Source: a virus
Lineage: Duplodnaviria > Caudoviricetes
Virus record (IMG/VR): IMGVR_UViG_3300020045_015905
Span: 1-38,544 of that record
DNA length: 38,544 nt
Direction: 5' to 3' (one strand)
Shown: in pieces, positions 1 through 9,080 of the stretch
Position numbering within the stretch: position 1 is the first letter of the stretch
Layout: every line of letters begins with the position of its first letter
The notes under the pieces: generated by a model
What the model was told of the DNA's origin: nothing
The model's input: only the letters and a program-made list of their open reading frames with translations
The model's database searches: none
Translations under genes and position numbers: made by a program

Positions 1-1
1 C

Positions 2-547
2 ACGGAAAAGCACAGCCTTTTTATAATCCCTATACTCAGGTGTGAGTTTTGCGCGTTCCTCGGCCTCTGAACGGGATATGCCATGGCTGTCCATGATGTC
101 CACCAGGCGCGCATGATACAGCTGGTCTTTCCAAACACGGTAGAGGTCAAGGTCAAACTGAATCCCGGCGAGCTCAAAACCCCAGTTAAGGTATTGATTC
201 GTGTTTATCCTGAGCTCGTTTTTTCTGGCCTGGGTGAAGATTTCTTTTGCTTTTTGATAATCTGCTTCTCTGGCCTGTCCCCACTTCTCTAAGGCCTCTT
301 TTTGGCTTCCTGTGAGGTCCATGAGTTCAGATACCCCAGGCAATGAAACGCTATCTTTGACATTGAAGATTGTGAACTGTGCCAAAGTTTCATTTTTTTC
401 AGCTTCGAGCACTTCGAGAAAAGCATAAATTTCTTTTGACGCTTCCTCTGTCATTTCCCCCGCGGCCAAAAACTCATTGAGCCATTTATCGAGACTCGCC
501 GAGTGATAGGCTTTTCGCAACCCGGCGAGTTGTTTTTCATTCAACAT
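2..547 (-). CDS. Hypothetical helical phage protein, 3' end truncated by the window edge
   Basis: Translated by hand, absent from the ORF track: ATG at 547, open to the window edge (MLNEKQLAGLRKAYHSASLDKW...ISRSEAEERAKLTPEYRDYKKAVLFR). Starts 8 nt after the SSB stop. Confidence 0.8.
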   Translation of the reverse strand, partial: MLNEKQLAGLRKAYHSASLDKWLNEFLAAGEMTEEASKEIYAFLEVLEAEKNETLAQFTIFNVKDSVSLPGVSELMDLTGSQKEALEKWGQAREADYQKAKEIFTQARKNELRINTNQYLNWGFELAGIQFDLDLYRVWKDQLYHARLVDIMDSHGISRSEAEERAKLTPEYRDYKKAVLFR

Positions 548-555
548 AAGAAAAA

Positions 556-1020
556 TTAAAAAGGAATTCCATCAACGTCCGTAGGTTTGTTTTGTTCGAG
601 GTGTTCATCAAGATTTTGAGCAAAGACTTGGTCAATTGGTTTGAGTTCGGCAATTTTGGCAATTTCAACCTCATTGAGGGCGGTATCCTTGCGAGCAGCG
701 CGCACACTATATTCAGTATCCATTGGCCCAGTACCTTGGCGGACAATCACCATATCGTAAGGTGGCAGATCATCAAAACCATATTCGGCACTCATGGCGA
801 GGGCTTGGATTTGTTTGATGATTGAAGCACCAATCTCGAAGAATCGGATTTCTCCATCCTTGCGATCAATGGCATAGCATGCGTATCGTGTGGTTGGTTT
901 TCCACCCTGGTATGTTTTTGGGTAAGAAGTGAAACCACTCACAATGCGGATAGGATTTTCTCCTTCGGTGAGTTTAATAAAACGTGAATTATTTTCTACT
1001 TTGATATCTTTGATATTCAT
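556..1020 (-). CDS. Single-stranded DNA-binding protein (gp32-like phage SSB)
   Basis: FIKL.EGEN.IRIV N-terminus, YDMVIVRQGTGPMDTEYSV segment, acidic tail ending DVDGIPF; adjacent to an exonuclease. Confidence 0.75.
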   Translation of the reverse strand: MNIKDIKVENNSRFIKLTEGENPIRIVSGFTSYPKTYQGGKPTTRYACYAIDRKDGEIRFFEIGASIIKQIQALAMSAEYGFDDLPPYDMVIVRQGTGPMDTEYSVRAARKDTALNEVEIAKIAELKPIDQVFAQNLDEHLEQNKPTDVDGIPF

Positions 1021-1037
1021 AAGAGAATATTTTAAAA

Positions 1038-1778
1038 TTAAATAAGTTTGAAGCAGTCAGGAAAGGTCTCATCGGTTGGTTTGGCGTTCGGGTTCAAAGT
1101 GTGAAACATCGACACTGTCATTCGGCATTCCTGCTCATACCTGATACGTGCTTCGTCGTCGAGGACCAAGAAAGAGTACTTTTTCTTGGTAGTATTCCCA
1201 AGGTGAAGCAGAGCAATCTTGTCTGTGGGATCGGCAAGGCCATAACCAGCGATTTGTGCCTTGTGGGTGTTGTGGATAGATTTCGAGGTCTTGAAGTCGA
1301 CAATGTATGTCTCGCCACCAATCCGGCATTTTAAATCCACCGTGCCAGCGTAGCCATCGCCCCACACTGCATATTCAGCTGAAATAATTTCAGGCTTGAA
1401 CTCAGCATGCCAGTCAAGAAAGGCTTTGAGGCAACGCTTGATTTTGAGTGAGCGTCGACGGGAAAATCTTTGTTCAATGTCCGCAGTGGTGATTTGTTGG
1501 CCTTTCAAAATAACCTCAATCGATTCATGCACATAACTACCCTCTTCCCCGGCGTCATTCATAATCTCATCCGCACGCTTGTTTCCAACGTCTCCGCGCC
1601 AGTCCGCAAGCTCGTGCGCGGGATACACGCACCCAAGCACATAAGTCATTGATGGAGCATATTCAAACACTCCCGGCTCAATTTCTCGTTGGTAATATCT
1701 TTCATCGAAAGAGTATTGCTCGACACGGGTGATTGTTTTATTTTTGTGTTCTGTTGGTGTGGTGTTCTTTTGGTTCAT
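1038..1778 (-). CDS. PD-(D/E)XK exonuclease (lambda-exo/Cas4-like recombination nuclease)
   Basis: PSMTYVL, GSYVHESIE, E...YAGTVDL...IVDFKTS...QIAGY motifs. Confidence 0.85.
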   Translation of the reverse strand: MNQKNTTPTEHKNKTITRVEQYSFDERYYQREIEPGVFEYAPSMTYVLGCVYPAHELADWRGDVGNKRADEIMNDAGEEGSYVHESIEVILKGQQITTADIEQRFSRRRSLKIKRCLKAFLDWHAEFKPEIISAEYAVWGDGYAGTVDLKCRIGGETYIVDFKTSKSIHNTHKAQIAGYGLADPTDKIALLHLGNTTKKKYSFLVLDDEARIRYEQECRMTVSMFHTLNPNAKPTDETFPDCFKLI

Positions 1779-1980
1779 AATTATAAGAGTTCATTTTTTC
1801 TAAATCTTTTTTTGTGATTCCATATACGAGGATACCACGACGGTCGAGTACTGATTTTTTAAAACCAAATGCTCTGATTCGTCGCATGACACCTGTCAAA
1901 GAGGTGAAAGGTTGCCCGTCTGGTCTCATGAGTAAGCGTTGTTTGATGATTGCATTGATTGAATAGTATGGCGTTTTCAT
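1738..1980 (-). CDS. Small basic hypothetical protein, possibly DNA-binding
   Basis: 80 aa, basic; strong SD (GGAGGTG) upstream of the ATG. Confidence 0.6.
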   Translation of the reverse strand: MKTPYYSINAIIKQRLLMRPDGQPFTSLTGVMRRIRAFGFKKSVLDRRGILVYGITKKDLEKMNSYNYEPKEHHTNRTQK

Positions 1981-2159
1981 TTGTGTTCACCTCCTCTCAG
2001 TTTTGGATTCAAAATTTGTTGTCTGATATAGGGTGGGATATTTTCCTCTCCGCCCCATATCGCTGCCTCAATCCCTATCGCCCAGCTCGTCCGTGATTCT
2101 CTCATACTCAAGGTCTTCATTGAGGTCGGCGTCTGATTCTTCTCGGATTTGTTTTTCAT
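1977..2159 (-). CDS. Hypothetical protein
   Basis: 60-aa ORF with ATGA overlap to the next gene; a short acidic ORF in another frame (from 2169) is an alternative. Confidence 0.4.
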   Translation of the reverse strand: MKNKSEKNQTPTSMKTLSMRESRTSWAIGIEAAIWGGEENIPPYIRQQILNPKLRGGEHK

Positions 2160-2183
2160 AGAGGTTCATGTTTGGTGGATAAT

Positions 2184-2513
2184 TCATACAACACATTGAC
2201 AAGTTTTATTTTTGAGTAAAATTATTTGCTCTTGCAATGTCAGATACTCGAATGTATTTCTTTTTTTCGGTGAGGCTTGAAGCGGTGGCATGTCAGTTGC
2301 CCGGCAACCTCGGCGAATCAACTCAAGTCTGATTTTAAAAAGTCTTTTCCACAGTTTCATCGGGTCGCCCCAAAATTCTTTGACGACTGGGTGCCCGCTG
2401 TAGAATTTCTTTTTTTCAGTCACGACTCGGTACACCCACAAACCTTCTCTCCATGTTACGCATAGGTGCGTGCGACAAAGTTTTTTGATAAGTTTTTCGT
2501 GATAGATCATCAT
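2184..2513 (-). CDS. Pyrimidine dimer DNA glycosylase / endonuclease V (DenV)-like protein
   Basis: L.R.HL...WREGL, Y..HP.V..F and ELIRRG match the family pattern; R22-E23 fall at the same positions as in T4 endonuclease V. Confidence 0.7.
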   Translation of the reverse strand: MMIYHEKLIKKLCRTHLCVTWREGLWVYRVVTEKKKFYSGHPVVKEFWGDPMKLWKRLFKIRLELIRRGCRATDMPPLQASPKKRNTFEYLTLQEQIILLKNKTCQCVV

Positions 2514-2522
2514 AGTGTTGAA

Positions 2523-2876
2523 TTAAAATTGTTGGTAGACTTTTCTGATTTCGTAGAGGTCTGGGGAATTGCCGTCCTTCATGTCCTCCATGATAAATTT
2601 TGCTGCACTGTCCTGAAGTCTCTCAAGTGAAAGTGATGTATCAATTATCAACCCTGTATCTTTTTCAAAAAGTCCCCACACGCCTTCCCAATATGCCTCG
2701 TTGTATTTTTCAACACTGAAACCAAGCATGTCTTCTAAATAAGATTTGAGTTGTAACTCTTCGACTTGCTTTTTTGTTAAATACGTTCCTCCATTGAGGC
2801 CAAACCTTAGAAGAATGAAGCCCCGTGAATCCTGCGACAATTTCAATGAACTGCCATACCCATCTTGTATTTTCAT
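2523..2876 (-). CDS. Hypothetical protein, first gene of the early operon
   Basis: 117-aa ORF downstream of the promoter at 2925-2953. Confidence 0.7.
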   Translation of the reverse strand: MKIQDGYGSSLKLSQDSRGFILLRFGLNGGTYLTKKQVEELQLKSYLEDMLGFSVEKYNEAYWEGVWGLFEKDTGLIIDTSLSLERLQDSAAKFIMEDMKDGNSPDLYEIRKVYQQF

Positions 2877-2924
2877 AGAAAAATAAAGTTAAATAATTTT
2901 TTATTTTGCGACCTTTATGAATCT

Positions 2925-2981
2925 ATAATAACATGTATCGCAATACATTGCAACACATGGCAAATACCTACCTGTGCATAA
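2925..2981 (-). promoter_or_regulatory. Sigma70 promoter with a palindromic operator and an upstream DnaA box
   Basis: TTGCAA(2953-2948)-17 nt-TATTAT(2930-2925) with extended TG; palindrome ATGTAT-cgca-ATACAT at 2933-2948; TTATGCACA at 2981-2973. Confidence 0.65.
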
Positions 2982-3005
2982 CTTTTTTTGTAAGGGTAAA
3001 AACAG

Positions 3006-3033
3006 AAAAAGCTCCCAGGAGGAGAGAGCTTTT
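3006..3033. terminator. Intrinsic terminator, probably bidirectional
   Basis: A-tract, GCTC...GAGC stem, T-tract; minus-strand loop UCCUCCU. Confidence 0.7.
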
Positions 3034-3097
3034 ATCTGCTATGAAAGTGTACCATTCTAAAAGAACACAGAAATATTATATCACATTTTTTATAAAC

Positions 3098-3126
3098 AAA
3101 AAAGACCCACGTGAAGAGTCTTTTTT
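3098..3126. terminator. Intrinsic terminator, probably bidirectional, downstream of the holin
   Basis: AAAAAAGAC...GTCTTTTTT inverted repeat. Confidence 0.65.
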
Positions 3127-3186
3127 GCGGAGGTCAATATCCCAGAAAAATCTAGAATTTTCTGAGCGCTCCAATTATACCACAAT

Positions 3187-3462
3187 TTATTTTTTACGAA
3201 AAGATCCAATTAAATCATTTACGTAATTACTTCCGCGGCCAAGAACCAAACCAGAAAGAATAAAACTAACAAATGGGTATGGTGAGATGAGTCCAACCAT
3301 TGCTGGTATATCAATCTTGTAAGCGACTGCCACAATAATACCGAAAGCAAGGGAAACATATTTCAAATAATTTCTCTGCTCACCTTGTCCCTCCCCAAAA
3401 AGGTAAGTGATAAACCCTTCGAGCAGAGTGGCAAGGAATAAAATGCCGAGTAGGTCGTTCAT
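3187..3462 (-). CDS. Holin
   Basis: 91 aa, three hydrophobic segments, GRGSNYVNDL motif, basic C-terminus, directly after the putative endolysin. Confidence 0.8.
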   Translation of the reverse strand: MNDLLGILFLATLLEGFITYLFGEGQGEQRNYLKYVSLAFGIIVAVAYKIDIPAMVGLISPYPFVSFILSGLVLGRGSNYVNDLIGSFRKK

Positions 3463-3471
3463 AAATATTGA

Positions 3472-4542
3472 TTAGAAAATAAATCCAATGTCCATGCCTT
3501 TGGGCTGCGCGTCAATCCACGCTTGGTCCTTCAGTTCAAAGTCACCCCACCATCCAAGTTCCTTGCCGGCTTCCCAAGTTCCTGGGCCTGCGATGTGACA
3601 GAGTTTTCCGTTTGTACCAACGATATAAATTTCTGGGCGTGTCCCTTTAACGAGTCTAAGCATAGTGTCTTCATTAGGATTTGGTAAATCCGTGTAAGTA
3701 AGAGGATTGAACAAATGTGGTGTGTTGAAATAATCGCTGCGGAGTTTCTGCCAGCCTTCACCTGGTGGGTCTCCCGGCTTCCATTTATAGTTTGGATTCA
3801 ATGGACCGTTTGAGTTTGGTGTTGCGATAAATTCACCGAGTTCATCAGTGCCGAAAGCACCAAAGAAAATACAATGTCCCCAAATAGCGTCGCCGGGTTG
3901 TGGTGGGTGTGGATTTTCAGTGCTCCAACCTCGGCCATTACTACCATTGACTCCACCGACTACACCAAAGTTTTTTTGAATGGCGAGAGCAAAGAGGCGC
4001 ATGTCATTTTTTACTGGGAGTTTTTGGAGTTGTTTACCTCGCAATGCTTTTGCTATCGCAAGGATTGCGTCAGTTTTCCAGCTTCGGTCTTCCATGAAAG
4101 CTTCATCAACCGAACCATCAGGTTTGTGACTTGGCACAACGCTTTCTTTTACCGCACCAACGTCGACAATCAACTGTCCCCCGTCGGCGAGATAGGCCGA
4201 ACCACCACGAAGAACAATTTGTGAGTAGATAAATTTTGCCGAAAGTTCTTCGACTTTCTCTGGGTGTTTTTCTCTGAGCTCTTTGAGGTTCATGCCGTAT
4301 TTTCTCATCATTTCAATGACTTGAAAAATCCATGCTTGATAGCTCCAACCTTGGCCAACACAAGAAAGAGACGGTCCTTGATACTTTTCTTTGATTCCGT
4401 CATTCAATGGATTGCGGACATCAAAACCTTTTTTGAAATCCAAACTATCAAGCTCCTCTTGGGTATACTCAAAGGCAATCATCGCCCCAAGTTCTTCCTC
4501 TGTTTGTTGAATGGCCCCGTTTTTGAAATTTTCTTCATTCAT
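3472..4542 (-). CDS. Papain-like (C1) cysteine peptidase, putative endolysin with a C-terminal binding module
   Basis: YQGPSLSCVG (Q, C), WGHCIFF (H), PNSNG (N); C-terminal LVKGTRPEIYIV...CHIAGP module; sits between tail fibre and holin. Start moved to MNEEN (4542) to remove the overlap. Confidence 0.7.
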   Translation of the reverse strand: MNEENFKNGAIQQTEEELGAMIAFEYTQEELDSLDFKKGFDVRNPLNDGIKEKYQGPSLSCVGQGWSYQAWIFQVIEMMRKYGMNLKELREKHPEKVEELSAKFIYSQIVLRGGSAYLADGGQLIVDVGAVKESVVPSHKPDGSVDEAFMEDRSWKTDAILAIAKALRGKQLQKLPVKNDMRLFALAIQKNFGVVGGVNGSNGRGWSTENPHPPQPGDAIWGHCIFFGAFGTDELGEFIATPNSNGPLNPNYKWKPGDPPGEGWQKLRSDYFNTPHLFNPLTYTDLPNPNEDTMLRLVKGTRPEIYIVGTNGKLCHIAGPGTWEAGKELGWWGDFELKDQAWIDAQPKGMDIGFIF

Positions 4543-4552
4543 AAAATAAAAA

Positions 4553-5815
4553 TTATAAAGATTCATTTTTTCCAATGAGAGCTTGACCGTCTCCACCATC
4601 GCCACCATTCGTTCCACTCCCCCCGGCTTTTGTTCCACCTATTCCACCAGTAACTACTGTAGTCCCAGAATTTGCCGTCAGATCATTATACAAGCCAAGA
4701 ATGAAGCCACCACCGCCACCGCCACCGCCTGAAGCATTTTCCGTACCAGAACTTGAAACCGTACCATTTTGTCCAGCTTCACCTTTGGCGGTAATAGTAC
4801 CGGTGAAGTTAAAAGATCCCGCACATTCAATTATTACGAAACCACCACCACGGCCACCTCGGCCAGAGGTTGATGTACCTGAGTTATCAGTCGCACCACC
4901 TGAACCACCACCAGCCCCACAGAATATAATAAATTTTTTGGTCAAATTTATTCCATCAATTGTTTGAGTGAACTCAACTACTGTTCCACCAGGCGCAGCC
5001 GCTACTGGTGAATTTGCTGAGCTTGCAGAACCTGCATTTTTTCCAGCACCACCACCACCACCAGTAGATTTGTAAGATCCACCAGTCGAAGCCTGTCCAG
5101 CGCCTCCTTTATGCAAAGAAGTGACACCATCAACATTTTGCATGAAGCCTTGAGTACCCTCATTACCATTAACTTCAGAAGTATTAGCAACCGCAGCAGC
5201 CCCATAAATAGCTCCACAATAATCAACATTGATTGTACCCACAATGTCGACATTGCCTGTAGCACGCAACCACAAACCAGAACCATCACTAGCTGGATTG
5301 ATAAGGGCAAGTGTCGCGCCAGAGGCGATATTGATCGTTGTATAATTCTTTTTAACAATATTTACACTACTCGTCGCGTCGATATTTGTTGTTCCTGAGG
5401 GAACACTCAAAGCACCGTCAGAACCGTCCCCACCAAATTTTGACTTATCGGTTGAGCTCGAAGAAAGCATGAGCATGCTTGTGCCATCATACACAACGTA
5501 CACAACATCACCACTTTTAATGTCGCCAGAAATCAAATTTTTATTACCAAATTTTAAAATGTTTTTTGCACCGATAGAATTCACATTCAAAGTCGCCGGG
5601 CCGGTGTTTGCAAAATTCGCTTTGAATTTAAAAACCTGCCCCTCGTTATAGGCAGCTATGGCAGAATCAATCGCAAGAGTATAGGCATTGGAAGAACCAG
5701 CAGAAGCGGCATAGTCTCCGCCATTTTGAATGACATCTTTTCGCAAAGCATTATATTGACTTGCAAGGACATCATCGCCACCTGCGACTTGAGCCGAATC
5801 AAGATTTGTTGCCAT
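4553..5815 (-). CDS. Tail fibre / receptor-binding protein, glycine-rich C-terminus
   Basis: NAYTL...FKANFANTGPATLNVNSIGAK fibre motif and GGGGG-rich repeats; end of the tail module. Confidence 0.8.
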   Translation of the reverse strand: MATNLDSAQVAGGDDVLASQYNALRKDVIQNGGDYAASAGSSNAYTLAIDSAIAAYNEGQVFKFKANFANTGPATLNVNSIGAKNILKFGNKNLISGDIKSGDVVYVVYDGTSMLMLSSSSTDKSKFGGDGSDGALSVPSGTTNIDATSSVNIVKKNYTTINIASGATLALINPASDGSGLWLRATGNVDIVGTINVDYCGAIYGAAAVANTSEVNGNEGTQGFMQNVDGVTSLHKGGAGQASTGGSYKSTGGGGGAGKNAGSASSANSPVAAAPGGTVVEFTQTIDGINLTKKFIIFCGAGGGSGGATDNSGTSTSGRGGRGGGFVIIECAGSFNFTGTITAKGEAGQNGTVSSSGTENASGGGGGGGGFILGLYNDLTANSGTTVVTGGIGGTKAGGSGTNGGDGGDGQALIGKNESL

Positions 5816-5972
5816 ATTTTTTTCTTTTATCCATTAAATAATTTGTGATAGTAGCTGAGCCGATAATGGTTTGATTACTTTCTTCGTAAAACCATTTTTC
5901 TAAATCTTCTAAATCTATTTCTTTTAAATTGTCAAGCAATACTTTTGCTTGGTCGCTAATTCGCAGTGGCAT
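5799..5972 (-). CDS. Hypothetical 57-aa protein
   Basis: Translated by hand (MPLRISDQAKVLLDNLKEID...); fills the gap between tail genes and is below the ORF-track cut-off. Confidence 0.5.
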   Translation of the reverse strand: MPLRISDQAKVLLDNLKEIDLEDLEKWFYEESNQTIIGSATITNYLMDKRKKYGNKS

Positions 5973-5975
5973 AGG

Positions 5976-6602
5976 CTATGCGTCATTGAATGTCACGACA
6001 CTTTGAACGTTTAAACTTTCAACATTCGACTTCGCTACAGACTGAGTAAAACGATTGAAAAGTTGCCCAGTATTTGCACTTCCAGTTCCGTCAATAAAAA
6101 ATCCAAATTCTTCAAGTGATCCTGTTACTTCGGCAGCGGTATAAAATTCTTCAAGGTAAGTCACGTTGTTCACATGGGTACCACTCGACAGAGCTTTGCG
6201 GTATGTTTCGGTCGCGAGCGTGGTATTTCCTACTGCTGGGGCGGTGCTTGCCGTTCCTACCGCTCCATAATTTACAATGCCCGTGTAGGTAGTATCCCCA
6301 CCAAGGCGAGAAGCAAGCACAGCACGGCCGACTGTGGTTGTGATATTTTCAACATAAAATTGCTTACTCAAATAGCCTTTGTGGAGTTCTTGGAGCAAAA
6401 AGGTATATTCTTCCCAAAGCTGTTTCAAAAGCTCTCTGGTAGCAATTCCTGAAGCCAGAAGAGCCTCACGTTTGAGACGAACTATCTCAAGAGCATTTTC
6501 AAGTAAGTGTGCTTTTTCTGTGGTGATTTTACACAAAGAAATAATGTGGACACCTTTGACTTTTGTGCTCTCTAATTTTTCAAGATTGTTTTTATTTTCC
6601 AT
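5976..6602 (-). CDS. Tail/baseplate structural protein
   Basis: NITTTVGRAVLA...YGAVGT...L..E.YRK...EFGFF pattern of fibre-anchoring baseplate proteins. Confidence 0.7.
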   Translation of the reverse strand: MENKNNLEKLESTKVKGVHIISLCKITTEKAHLLENALEIVRLKREALLASGIATRELLKQLWEEYTFLLQELHKGYLSKQFYVENITTTVGRAVLASRLGGDTTYTGIVNYGAVGTASTAPAVGNTTLATETYRKALSSGTHVNNVTYLEEFYTAAEVTGSLEEFGFFIDGTGSANTGQLFNRFTQSVAKSNVESLNVQSVVTFNDA

Positions 6603-6635
6603 AAAAAAATGTGAAGTAATTACAGTATATCATTT

Positions 6636-9047
6636 TTAATACCATTCTGAAAGATTCCAACGTGTGTGCACTGATTGACCAGTGCTTGGTTCCCATTGCC
6701 AAGGAAGTGCAAGATCATACGCGGCATTTACATCGTTACTCTCAACCGTCTCGGTATTTGTCGCTTTTTGAAAACCGCCAAGAGCCGTATCATCAACATC
6801 AGTAGATTCAACCACTTCATCAGACACCGCATAGGTTTCGACAATATCCTCGACATTGAGCTCAATAGAGTCTTTTGTTTTCAAAAGTTTTTGCATAAAC
6901 TCAATCCAACCGAAAAGAGTCGTGCCAGCAGTGACTTGGTAAACCAGTCGGTCTTTGTATCGACCATCCTGTTGGCGGATAGAAATTTGTTGGATCACAT
7001 AATTTGCGTCGAGTGACCGGGACGTTGAGTCTGCGATATGGATAATTTGCCCGGCCTTCAAACCTTCAACTTCGGTATTAAATTTCACGGTGACAACTGC
7101 ATTTGAAAACTCTTGTACGCGCGCTTGCGCGAGAGAAATCGCCGTGGTCACGTCCTGAATATTTCTATCTGTAATCGGGTCAAGGTCAAAAACTCCGTCG
7201 CCGAGACCAAGAGAACGCAATGCATTGGCTGAGGCAGAGTCAGAATATTGGATTTGAATTTGCAAACGCTCGTTATACTCCATGCGGATATAGTTCGCAG
7301 CAAGCAAAGTGGCCTCAGTCGCGGTCGCGCGTATAGATTTTTCATTCGAGTTGTAAACATAATTCACCGTGCTTTCATCAACCAAACCTTCGACCCCGAT
7401 TGTTTTTGTCACAGAAAATTTTGAAAAGGTATCCCCACTGGCTTGACTCGTAACGGCCTCCACAGTGAATTGATTGGCATTCACGACCGTCACCTGTCTC
7501 ACGGCGTTGCCTCTAGTTCGGTTCACAATGTGGTCGCCAGTAACGAGGCCATGGGCCGTGGCGTTGATTGTGGTGGAGTTGGTGCTTGCCTCGGCAGTGT
7601 CCGTGCTCGTGTTATTATCAATCAAAATTTCAAGATTATTAAACTTGTTTTTCATGAGCCAGGTACGCAAAACACCGTCCCCCTGGAAAACCTGAGAATA
7701 TCGAGAGGTCGATGTTTTCTCACCCCCGCGCACAATAATACGATTCCCCAAATTTGCCATATCAACCTCGACTTGGAGGTCAAAGAAGTTTTCACTTGAG
7801 TCAGTCACTTCAAACGGGGCTGCTTCGGTTTCACGGGAAACAAGGTGGATATCCCGTTCATAATCGATATACCAAATATACTCCCAAGTTTTGGCAATTT
7901 GATTGATGAGCGACATGGGCTTTAATTGAGGCGAGCGGAGCTCATCAAAGACCGGGGTAGATTGGACGTTGTAGAGGGTAAAAGACCCACGTGCATTGAT
8001 CCTGAGGCCGTTGAGGCGAATTGTGCCACTGCCAGTCTCTACCACACGAGCTTGAACATAATCCCTGTTCTGCCAATCAGGCGTGCCCACAATCGTGGCA
8101 CTTTTTAGTTCCGCAGAAACATATTGCCAATCGGTGGTATTGACCAAAGGAAAAGTGACCTCGGCATAATCTGAGGCACTGGACCCAACACGGACTTTGA
8201 GAGAGGTGATATTGGCATAATTAGAAGTCTTTACCCAGCCCATTAGCACTCCCTTGGTTGGAGTGCCAGTTGCCACACCAGTAAATTCAGAATCGTCGCG
8301 AGTGGTTGGGGTCGCGGCCCATATGGCCGTGCCACCTGAATGAGTCCAAGCAAAAACACCACAAGCGTCACCTTCCATAAAATCTGAAGCGTCAACAGTG
8401 GGATTGCTTCCGTCGCTTGCTTCGATCCATTCCGCTTGAATTGCGGTATTATCCGCATACGATAAATTATCAACAAGAGAATTATAATTCACCGTGGTGT
8501 TTATAAAATCATTGATGATGTACCGTGAATCTTTATCTTCCCAGGAATCTGAAACAAGTTTTTTATCAAAAAGTTTTGAGTAGTCCACGCCAGTAAGTTG
8601 GTACTCGATAGTATCGAGCGTATGAAAATTCATGTCCTGCACGCGCGCGACAAGGCCACCAAAAATCAATTCCCCGATTTTATCGTTTGAACTGAGTGAC
8701 ACGACTGGGGCGTGAGTGAGTACAATTGTTCGAGTCGTTTCATCGTATGAAAGTACTTCGGCTTTTTCCATCGAAGCATTCCCGATTTTTAAAAACAAAA
8801 ATTGTCCAGCTCGAAATTTCTGAACATCTGTTTGATAACTTTCTTTGAGCACGATTGTGTCAGTAGAATGTGACTGAACCAATGCACCATTATAAATTTT
8901 CAAATCTTGGTTTTCAACCGGGGCACTTCCTGAGAAAATTTTAAACTGCACACTATCCGCGCGTTGCTGTATTTGATTCGTTTTCCGCAAAGTATTTGCA
9001 ACAACATCATCGGTGCGATCGGTGTCGTTGATATAGTAAAAAAGCAT
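6636..9047 (-). CDS. Tail tip / baseplate hub protein with inserted beta-rich domains
   Basis: 803 aa directly after the tape measure gene; IFGG.V, WYIDYERDIH, NRIIVRGG and GLKAGQII hub-like motifs. Confidence 0.75.
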   Translation of the reverse strand: MLFYYINDTDRTDDVVANTLRKTNQIQQRADSVQFKIFSGSAPVENQDLKIYNGALVQSHSTDTIVLKESYQTDVQKFRAGQFLFLKIGNASMEKAEVLSYDETTRTIVLTHAPVVSLSSNDKIGELIFGGLVARVQDMNFHTLDTIEYQLTGVDYSKLFDKKLVSDSWEDKDSRYIINDFINTTVNYNSLVDNLSYADNTAIQAEWIEASDGSNPTVDASDFMEGDACGVFAWTHSGGTAIWAATPTTRDDSEFTGVATGTPTKGVLMGWVKTSNYANITSLKVRVGSSASDYAEVTFPLVNTTDWQYVSAELKSATIVGTPDWQNRDYVQARVVETGSGTIRLNGLRINARGSFTLYNVQSTPVFDELRSPQLKPMSLINQIAKTWEYIWYIDYERDIHLVSRETEAAPFEVTDSSENFFDLQVEVDMANLGNRIIVRGGEKTSTSRYSQVFQGDGVLRTWLMKNKFNNLEILIDNNTSTDTAEASTNSTTINATAHGLVTGDHIVNRTRGNAVRQVTVVNANQFTVEAVTSQASGDTFSKFSVTKTIGVEGLVDESTVNYVYNSNEKSIRATATEATLLAANYIRMEYNERLQIQIQYSDSASANALRSLGLGDGVFDLDPITDRNIQDVTTAISLAQARVQEFSNAVVTVKFNTEVEGLKAGQIIHIADSTSRSLDANYVIQQISIRQQDGRYKDRLVYQVTAGTTLFGWIEFMQKLLKTKDSIELNVEDIVETYAVSDEVVESTDVDDTALGGFQKATNTETVESNDVNAAYDLALPWQWEPSTGQSVHTRWNLSEWY

Positions 9048-9059
9048 AGTGCCTATATG

Positions 9060-9080
9060 TGTGGATAAGTCTGTGGAAAA
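9060..9080 (-). promoter_or_regulatory. Tandem DnaA boxes
   Basis: TTATCCACA (9068-9060) and TTTTCCACA (9080-9072) within a 33-nt intergenic gap. Confidence 0.55.

Noticed and set aside
2933-3226. Plus-strand 97-aa ORF in the lysis/early intergenic region as a possible repressor
   Set aside because: No HTH or other motif, runs through two terminator hairpins, and the AGGAGG is too far from the internal ATG.
4690-5110. CCACCA/CCGCCA repeats
   Set aside because: Explained by poly-glycine codons of the tail fibre.
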